This document shows positions 57,867-64,000 of a stretch of 64,000 nucleotides of DNA, in pieces (positions within the stretch are counted from its first letter, which is position 1; every line of letters begins with the position of its first letter). The position numbers were made by a program, and so were the translations under genes. Source of the stretch: Chloroflexota bacterium (GTDB lineage: Bacteria; Chloroflexota; Limnocylindria; Limnocylindrales; CSP1-4); NCBI GenBank assembly GCA_021789435.1, contig JAJYJO010000005.1, positions 2,521 to 66,520 on the forward strand, read 5' to 3'. The notes under the pieces are model-generated. The model was not told where the DNA came from. It saw nothing but the letters and a program-made list of their open reading frames with translations, and made no database searches.

Positions 57867-59000
57867 ATGGCATCGGTTCGGGCGGCGACGCTGGTCGCCC
57901 CACGCCAGCTCGAGGTGCGCCAGTACCCCTATCCGGCCGGCCTGGAGGCAGGCGCCGTGCTGCTGCGGATGCTGGCTTCGGGCATCTGCGGCACGGACAA
58001 GCACACCTACCGCGGTGAGACGGCGCAGTACGTCGGCACCGACTACGAGCGCGCCACGCCCTTTCCGATCATCCAGGGCCACGAGAACGTCGGGGTCGTC
58101 GCCGAGCTGGGCCCGGGCGGAGCCTTCGCCTTCGATGGCACGCCTCTCGCGGTCGGCGATCGAGTGGTGCCCGCGCCGAATCGCGCGTGCGGCCACTGCC
58201 ACATGTGCTCGCGCGGCTTCCCCTACTACCTGTGCCGCAACCTCGAGAACTACGGCAACTCGCTCTCGTGCGCGGACCCGCCCCACCTGTTCGGCGGCTG
58301 GTCCGAGTACCTCTACCTCAGGCCGCACACGGCGGTCTTCCGGGTCCCGGAGGTCCTCCCCGACGATGTGGCCGTCCTGACGGAGGTGTTTGCCGTCACC
58401 CACAGCCTGGAGCGCGCCGCCCGGCTTCCGCGTCCGAACGGGTACCGCCCCGGTGACGCGGTCGTCGTGGTCGGCGTCGGCCCGCTGGGCCTCGCTCACG
58501 CGATCAAGGCGTCGCTGATGGGCGCCGGACAGGTGCTGGTCGTCGATCGCTCCGCCAGCCGCCTCGAGCTGGCCGCTCGGCTGGCCGGCGCGACCCCGAT
58601 ACCGGCGGACGAGGACGCGGCGCGCCAGGTGCGCGAGCGGTGCGGCGGCGAGGGTGCCGACCTCGTCGTCAACGCAACCGGCTTTCCGGGGTCCTTCGCC
58701 GGGGCGACCGCCATGGTTCGCGACGGAGGCACGATCGTCGAGGTCGGTGCCTTTGTCGAGATGGGTCAGGAGCGGTTCGACCCGGCCGCGGTCTGTGGCC
58801 GGAGTCTTGCCATCCTGGGTGTCGGCGGGGAGGACCTCACCTGCTACGAGGGCACCATGGCCCTCTTCGCGCGCCACCTCCGCACGATCCCGTTCGCCGA
58901 CATGGTCTCTCACCACTTCGTCATCGAGGACGCCGCGCGGGCCATGACCGTGGCGCTTGACCCGGAGGCCTCCGCCAAGGTCCTGATCACCCCAGCCTGA
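57867..59000 (+). CDS. Zinc-dependent medium-chain alcohol/polyol dehydrogenase
   Basis: SGICGTDKH, GHENVG, CGHCHMCSRG, VVGVGPLG. Confidence 0.8.
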   Translation: MASVRAATLVAPRQLEVRQYPYPAGLEAGAVLLRMLASGICGTDKHTYRGETAQYVGTDYERATPFPIIQGHENVGVVAELGPGGAFAFDGTPLAVGDRVVPAPNRACGHCHMCSRGFPYYLCRNLENYGNSLSCADPPHLFGGWSEYLYLRPHTAVFRVPEVLPDDVAVLTEVFAVTHSLERAARLPRPNGYRPGDAVVVVGVGPLGLAHAIKASLMGAGQVLVVDRSASRLELAARLAGATPIPADEDAARQVRERCGGEGADLVVNATGFPGSFAGATAMVRDGGTIVEVGAFVEMGQERFDPAAVCGRSLAILGVGGEDLTCYEGTMALFARHLRTIPFADMVSHHFVIEDAARAMTVALDPEASAKVLITPA

Positions 59001-59036
59001 CGCAGGGCCGGCCTCGACCGGCAGCCCGAATCGGGG

Positions 59037-59139
59037 CCGGCCACCGGGCCTCCCCCGGCCACCGGGCCTCCCCCGGCCACCGGGCCTCCCCCGGCCACCG
59101 GGCCTCCCCCGGCCACCGCGCCCCCCCCGGCCACCCGTG
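59037..59139. repeat. 18-bp tandem repeat CCGGCCACCGGGCCTCCC, 4 perfect + about 1.7 degenerate copies, between ADH and mgtA
   Basis: Read directly. Perfect units at 59037, 59055, 59073 and 59091. Confidence 0.95.
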
Positions 59140-59154
59140 TACGATTGAGGCTCG

Positions 59155-61728
59155 ATGCCGCCTCTCGACGCCGCTGGGTCGAGCCCCTCCGGGTCGGTCG
59201 CGCCCGGGGGGGCCGCGGCCGGCGGCCTGACCTCGGCCGAGGCGGGCGAGCATCTCCGCTCCGACGGCCCCAACGCGATCGGCGGCAGCGGGCGGCGGAC
59301 ACGCCTCGCCATCCTGGTCTCCCAGGTCGCCAGCCCGCTGGTCCTGATCCTCGTCGGCGCGAGCCTGGTCAGCCTCGTCGTGGGCGACGAGGTCAACGCC
59401 TCGATCATCCTCGCCATCGTCGTCATAAGCGCCGCCCTCGGGTTCATCCAGGAAGCCCGGTCCGAGACCGCGGTGGCCGCCCTGCAGGCGCGCCTGACCC
59501 TCCGCGCGACGGTCGTCCGCGACGGGGAGCAGCGGGAGATCCCGATCCACGACGTGGTCCGCGGCGACCTCGTGATCCTCGGTGCCGGAGACATCGTGCC
59601 GGCCGACGGTCGCGTCCTGGAGGCCAACCACCTCTACATCGACGAGGCGTCGCTGACCGGCGAGTCGGCACCGGCCACCAAGACGCCGCGGGAGGGAACC
59701 CTCGATCCCGCTCGCGAGGCCGATCACGACGGGCTGGTCTTCTTCGGGACGAGCGTCGTCAGCGGCACCGGCCGCGCCGTCATCACGGCCACCGGGACGC
59801 GCACGAGCTACGGCGCGATCGCGCAACGTCTTGCCGAGCGCGCGCCCGAGAACGACTTCCAGCGCGGCGTGCGGACCTTCGGATCCCTCATCTTCAGAGT
59901 CACGGCGATCCTCGTTATCGCCGTGCTGGTGATCAACGTGGCGCTCCACCGGCCCATCCTGGAGTCACTCCTCTTCGCGATCGCCCTGGCCGTGGGCTTG
60001 ACGCCCGAGCTGCTGCCGGCGATCGTCACGCTCAACCTCACCCAGGGGGCGCACGCTCTCGCCTCTTATGGAGTGCTCGTCAAGCGGCTGCCCGCGATCC
60101 AGAATCTCGGCAGCGTCACGGTCTTCGCGACCGACAAGACCGGGACCCTGACCGAAGGGCGCCTGGCGCTCGTGCGGGCCGTCGGGATCGACGACGAGGA
60201 TGAGGACGAGGCCGCCCAGACACTGGAGCTGGCCTACCTCAACAGCCACTTCCAGACCGGCTTCACAAACCCTCTCGACGCGGCCCTCCTGTCGGGCACC
60301 CCTGAGCCGGCGGATCTCGGGTCGTATCGGAAGCTCGCCGAACTGCCCTACGACTTCTCGCGACGGCTCCTGAGCGTTGTGGTGCAGCGCGACGGGGAAC
60401 CGCCGCTCCTCGTCACGAAGGGCGCCCCCGAGGCCGTGATGCTGCGCGCGGCGAAGGTCCGGGAGGACCACTCGGCCCGGCCGATCGCGACGGCGGAGCA
60501 CGAGCGCCTCGCGAAGCTCGTCGACACGGCCTCGGCCGACGGCTTCCGGCTGGTGGCGGTGGGCTCCCGTGCCCTCGCCCCCGAGGATCTCCGCGCCCCC
60601 GCCACGGGAGGCGCGGGGGCCGGTCTCGACGACGCGGCCCGGCTCGAACGCGATCTCGTCTTCGAGGGTGTCATCCTCTTCAGCGACCCGCCCAAGTCCG
60701 GCGTCGGCGACACGATCGCCGAGCTTGCCCGCCAGGGGGTTGCGCTCAAGGTCGTCACCGGCGACAACGAGCTCGTGGCTCGCCATGTCGCGGCGCAGGT
60801 CGGGCTGACGGTCGAGGGAGTGCTGACCGGCGCGGAGATGCGTGCGCTGAGCCACCCGGCGCTGATCGCCCGGGCCCGCCGGACGACGCTCTTCACCCGC
60901 GTCGACCCGGACCAGAAGCTCCAGGTCATCCGCGCCCTGCACGATTCCGGCGCGGTCGTCGGCTATCTCGGCGACGGCATCAACGATGCGCCGGCCCTGC
61001 ACACGGCCGATGTCGGCATCAGCGTCGACAACGCCACGGATGTGGCCCGCTCGGCGGCCGACATCATCCTGCTCGAGCCCAGCCTGGAAGCGATCAGCCG
61101 CGGGGTGATCGAAGGTCGGCGCACCTTTGCCAACACCCTCAAGTACATCCGGATGGGCACCAGCTCGAACTTCGGCAACATGCTGAGCATGACGGGGGCG
61201 GCCCTCCTGCTGCCGTTCCTGCCCATGACACCCGGCCAGATCCTGCTCAACAACCTGATCTACGATGCCTCGCAGACCGCCATCCCCACCGACACGATCG
61301 ATCCCGACGTGGGAGCCGTGCCGGCCCGCTGGGATGTCCACGCGATCCAGCGGTTCATGCTGATCTTCGGTCCGATCTCCTCGATCTTCGACTACGTCAC
61401 CTTCGGGCTTCTGCTTCTTGCGCTGGGCGTCAACGAGCGGGCCTTCCACACCGGCTGGTTCATCGAATCCCTCTTCACCCAGGTCCTGGTCGTCCTGGTC
61501 ATCCGCACCCGGCGCAGCCCTTTCTGGCTCAGCCGGCCGAGCCCTCAGCTGCTGGCGGCCATCGTGGGGGCGCTCGCCCTCGCCGTCATCATCCCGTTGA
61601 GTCCGCTGGGCGGGGTCCTGGGGTTGACGGGCCTGCCGCCGGTCTACTGGGTGCTGCTGATCCTCGTCGTGGCCGCCTACCTGGCGCTCGTGGAGCTGGC
61701 CAAGCGACGCTTCGAGCCGCGGCTCTGA
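59155..61728 (+). CDS. mgtA: Magnesium-translocating P-type ATPase (MgtA/MgtB type)
   Basis: SLTGES, DKTGTLT, VTGDN, GDGINDAPAL, about 10 TM. The N-terminal GLTSAEAGEHLRSDGPN block is typical of the family. Confidence 0.8.
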   Translation: MPPLDAAGSSPSGSVAPGGAAAGGLTSAEAGEHLRSDGPNAIGGSGRRTRLAILVSQVASPLVLILVGASLVSLVVGDEVNASIILAIVVISAALGFIQEARSETAVAALQARLTLRATVVRDGEQREIPIHDVVRGDLVILGAGDIVPADGRVLEANHLYIDEASLTGESAPATKTPREGTLDPAREADHDGLVFFGTSVVSGTGRAVITATGTRTSYGAIAQRLAERAPENDFQRGVRTFGSLIFRVTAILVIAVLVINVALHRPILESLLFAIALAVGLTPELLPAIVTLNLTQGAHALASYGVLVKRLPAIQNLGSVTVFATDKTGTLTEGRLALVRAVGIDDEDEDEAAQTLELAYLNSHFQTGFTNPLDAALLSGTPEPADLGSYRKLAELPYDFSRRLLSVVVQRDGEPPLLVTKGAPEAVMLRAAKVREDHSARPIATAEHERLAKLVDTASADGFRLVAVGSRALAPEDLRAPATGGAGAGLDDAARLERDLVFEGVILFSDPPKSGVGDTIAELARQGVALKVVTGDNELVARHVAAQVGLTVEGVLTGAEMRALSHPALIARARRTTLFTRVDPDQKLQVIRALHDSGAVVGYLGDGINDAPALHTADVGISVDNATDVARSAADIILLEPSLEAISRGVIEGRRTFANTLKYIRMGTSSNFGNMLSMTGAALLLPFLPMTPGQILLNNLIYDASQTAIPTDTIDPDVGAVPARWDVHAIQRFMLIFGPISSIFDYVTFGLLLLALGVNERAFHTGWFIESLFTQVLVVLVIRTRRSPFWLSRPSPQLLAAIVGALALAVIIPLSPLGGVLGLTGLPPVYWVLLILVVAAYLALVELAKRRFEPRL

Positions 61729-61759
61729 CCGGGCCGCGCCGTGCCCCACGGGGCACGAC

Positions 61760-62305
61760 ATGGCGCGTTGGTACGATGGCGAAGTGGACACGCTGCTGAG
61801 TCGTCTCCTCTCCCTGGGAGTCGACGCCCACGACGATGCGGACACCCGGCTCCGCAAGTTCCTCCTCGTCGCCGCAGTCGTGACGATCCTGCCGCTCACG
61901 ATCCTGTGGGGCGCGATCTACTGGCTCGCGGGGGTTCCCCAGGCTGCCCTGATCCCCTGGCTCTACGCGGCGATCTCCGCCGTCAGTCTCATCGTCTACG
62001 CGCGCAGCCACGCGTACCGTTGGCTCGCGGTCAGCCAGTTCGCCCCCTACAGCACGTTCCCCTTCTGGTTGATGTGGCTGCTGGGTGGCTTTGTCTCCGG
62101 TAGTGCGGTGGCGCTCTGGGCAGCGCTTGGACCCATCGCCGCGCTGCTGCTCGGGCACCGGCGATTGGCGCTCGCGCTGGCCCTCGAGTACGCGCTCCTG
62201 ATGCTCGTGGTCGCGCTCGCGGCGTCACCGGCCGGACCCGGGTTCCCGGCCTGGCTGCGCGATGCCATGTTCGTCCTCAAGCCGATCCACGGCGGGCCGA
62301 CCTAG
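61760..62305 (+). CDS. Polytopic membrane domain protein, probably the N-terminal part of a disrupted membrane-anchored nucleotidyl cyclase
   Basis: About 5 TM segments. It ends at TAG 62303-62305, 24 nt before and out of frame with the cyclase domain ORF. Confidence 0.45.
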   Translation: MARWYDGEVDTLLSRLLSLGVDAHDDADTRLRKFLLVAAVVTILPLTILWGAIYWLAGVPQAALIPWLYAAISAVSLIVYARSHAYRWLAVSQFAPYSTFPFWLMWLLGGFVSGSAVALWAALGPIAALLLGHRRLALALALEYALLMLVVALAASPAGPGFPAWLRDAMFVLKPIHGGPT

Positions 62306-62328
62306 GCGGCGAGATCGCCCAGATCAGC

Positions 62329-62856
62329 GTGCTGTTCGCCGACCTGGGTGGCTACTCGACCTACGCCGAGCATCGCTCGCCAGTCGAGGTCGTGCGTATG
62401 CTGAACGATTACTTCGCGATCGCCTTGCCGGCCATCCTCGAGGAGGGCGGGGCGCCGACCCAGCTGCCCGGCGACGCCGTGATGGCCGTCTTCGGCGCCC
62501 CCCGACCGCAGCCCGATCACGCAGACCGAGCGTTCCGCGCGGCTCGCGCCATCCTCGATCGAACGGCGCCGCTGGCCAAAGGATCGCTGCGAGGGCCGCG
62601 CTTTCACATCGGGATCAACTCGGGCCCGGCTCTCGTGGGGAACATCGGCAGCGAGGAGTACCGTAACTTCACGGCGATCGGCGACACGGTCAACGTCGCC
62701 TCCCGCCTTCAGGGCGTGGCACAGCCCGGCGAGGTCGTCATCGGCTCGGCCACGGCCAAGCTCGTCGGTGAGTCCGTCGGGCTCACGCCGCTCGGGTCGG
62801 TGCCCGTGAAGGGCCGTGCCGAGCCCGTCGAGGCCTTCCTCATCCGCGACTTCTGA
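62329..62856 (+). CDS. Class III adenylate/guanylate cyclase catalytic domain (stand-alone as annotated; frame open upstream to 62104 without a start)
   Basis: VLFADLGGYS, GDAVMAVFGAP, GINSGPALVGNIG, FTAIGDTVNVASRLQ. The cyclase-like sequence GGEIAQIS precedes the GTG in the same frame. Confidence 0.7.
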   Translation: MLFADLGGYSTYAEHRSPVEVVRMLNDYFAIALPAILEEGGAPTQLPGDAVMAVFGAPRPQPDHADRAFRAARAILDRTAPLAKGSLRGPRFHIGINSGPALVGNIGSEEYRNFTAIGDTVNVASRLQGVAQPGEVVIGSATAKLVGESVGLTPLGSVPVKGRAEPVEAFLIRDF

Positions 62857-63017
62857 TCGCGCCGCATCGTGGACGTTCGCGCCAGCCGCGGATCCCGCGG
62901 TACGGGCAGCGTTCGCAGTCGAAGCCGGTAACGCAGAGGGTGTCGGCGTGCGCGAAGACGTGGCGCTCGTGCTGGCGCTCGTCGTCGGGATCGCGCCCGC
63001 CGCCGGACGCGATCTCG

Positions 63018-63482
63018 CTACGCCGTGAGGTGCGGCAGATGCTCGGGGTAGTGCCTGATCGAATCCCACGCGACGGCAGTCGCGAGCGTCTCCTCCCCCA
63101 GCCAGGGGAACCGGTCAGCCGTGAACAGGTCCTCGTCCGATGCAGCCTCGGCCGCCGCGACGAGCCGCTGGAATGCTGCCGCCTCGAACGCTCGCACCTC
63201 GCCCGGGTCTCGACCGCGGAACTGCTCGAGGATTGATCTGTTCTGGGCGTCGATGTCGAAGTCGGGGTCCCGCTCGTACGGCACCCCGCCCGCCCTCTCC
63301 GTCGTGACCACGCCCGCCGAGTGGTCACTCCACCAGCCGACGTGCGCGAGCGCATCCTGGCGGGTCCAGCCATTCATGTCCGGGAGCGGTTCGGCCCACG
63401 CGTCGTCGGCCAGGGTGCCGACAGCGGCGGCGAGCGGCTCGTGGGTCGCGCGGATCTCGGCGAGGAAGCTCTGCTTCTTCAT
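63018..63482 (-). CDS. DinB-like four-helix-bundle protein (DinB_2 / ClbS-like superfamily)
   Basis: MKKQSFLAEIRATHEPLAAAVGTL..W...GWTRQDALAHVGWW...IRHYPEHL pattern. Family assignment is tentative. Confidence 0.45.
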   Translation of the reverse strand: MKKQSFLAEIRATHEPLAAAVGTLADDAWAEPLPDMNGWTRQDALAHVGWWSDHSAGVVTTERAGGVPYERDPDFDIDAQNRSILEQFRGRDPGEVRAFEAAAFQRLVAAAEAASDEDLFTADRFPWLGEETLATAVAWDSIRHYPEHLPHLTA

Positions 63483-63840
63483 CCGGCGAAAGCATGCCCC
63501 AGAGCCGGCAGGTTCGCTCTTGCGAGCGACCTTAGGCCACGCGAACTTGGTCGCGAGAAGGCCGCCCTGGAACCGGAGGAGAGTGTGGTAGTGAGAACTC
63601 AGGTCTGCGCCGCGGTCGTGCGTGAGACGCTGTGTTCGGGCCTTTCGCTCAGCGTCATCCGTGCGAGTCTGCGTTGCGCGACGTTCCCACCCGGGGGGCG
63701 CCCAACCTGCTTCACAGGGGCGCCGTCAATCGCGCGAAATCCAGGGGCTGCTCAAGCTGCTCCTGCTCCGCAAGACCGACTCCTTACGTTTACGCGCGGC
63801 CTTGAAATCCTGCCACCCGCCGAGGGGCCTGGAGGCCCTG

Positions 63841-64000
63841 GGCCACGACCTCCCCATGGGCTCGGCGCGCCAGCTCGCGTCCTGGGCGAGCATGTGCCCG
63901 GGAAACTACGAGAGCGCGGGCGTCCAGCGTGGTGGCAGGACCCGCCGGGGCAGTCCCTGGCTGCGGACCGCGCTCGTCGGCTCCGCCCGTTCCGCCTCCT
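63841..64000 (+). pseudogene. IS110-family transposase C-terminal fragment (runs off the window; upstream part degenerate)
   Basis: GHDLPMGSARQLASWASMCPGNYESAGVQRGGRTRRGSPWLRTALVGSA matches the conserved IS110 C-domain (F.SA..LASWAG.CPGN.ESAGK...G.TRKG..WLR.AL). The expected IPGxG helix-hairpin segment upstream is not recognisable. Confidence 0.55.

Noticed and set aside
59037-59139. CRISPR array.
   Set aside because: The 18-bp units are directly adjacent with no spacers, and no cas genes are nearby. It is a simple tandem repeat.
58998-59150. ADH stop-codon read-through into the (PATGPP)n frame.
   Set aside because: The repeat is in frame with the ADH TGA, but there is no read-through context or SECIS-like element. 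The ADH C-terminus (KVLITPA) looks complete. It is mentioned only as something proteomics could test.
59001-59154. Mg2+ M-box riboswitch or mgtL-like Pro-rich leader peptide upstream of mgtA.
   Set aside because: The spacer is only 154 nt and is mostly tandem repeat. There is no M-box-like sequence, and no start codon opens the Pro-rich frame.

Overview
High-GC bacterial chromosomal segment (roughly 70% or more by eye, with very strong third-position GC in real genes). F420-type LLM, DinB and GGDEF content suggests Actinomycetota or Chloroflexota, but I cannot confirm that. I support about 55 protein-coding genes, no rRNA, tRNA or CRISPR, one apparently intact IS element and one IS110-family remnant. 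All product calls come from motifs read by eye and recalled family knowledge; no search was run.

Layout:
- 1-5.4 kb: MerR/B12 regulator (5' partial), membrane SH3b protein, secreted C39-like peptidase, DEAD-box helicase.
- 5.5-8.7 kb: fdhD plus a YdeP-type molybdopterin oxidoreductase.
- 9-11.8 kb: coupled hypothetical ORF plus GGDEF cyclase, and a GT87-like membrane protein.
- 11.9-26.9 kb: purine-oriented island. It holds adenosine deaminase, a four-gene operon of two PLP enzymes and two atypical carbamoyltransferases, guanine deaminase, and two xanthine-dehydrogenase-family enzymes of different architecture.
- 27-31.1 kb: dapB-dapA-dapD-lysA operon.
- 31.5-39 kb: lipoprotein, secreted protein, orphan AmmeMemo-type radical SAM, then lepA-CPBP-hemW.
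- 39.5-40.8 kb: ISNCY-like IS just upstream of lgt.
- 41.9-47.1 kb: mmsA, F420-LLM, beta-ureidopropionase, class V aminotransferase.
- 47.4-52.8 kb: partial inositol operon (iolE-iolG-lacI-iolB-transaldolase) with a predicted operator pair.
- 53-64 kb: paiB, sugar ABC transporter, a 1-kb decayed region, Zn-ADH, an 18-bp tandem repeat, mgtA, a split nucleotidyl cyclase, a DinB-like protein and an IS110 fragment.

The best candidate for an undescribed system is the translationally coupled operon at 13372-18329: a CysK-fold PLP enzyme, a ThrC/TrpB-like PLP enzyme with a Zn ribbon, an ATCase paralog lacking the aspartate-site residues, and a knotted AOTCase/YgeW-like transcarbamylase. It sits between add and guaD/xdh genes.
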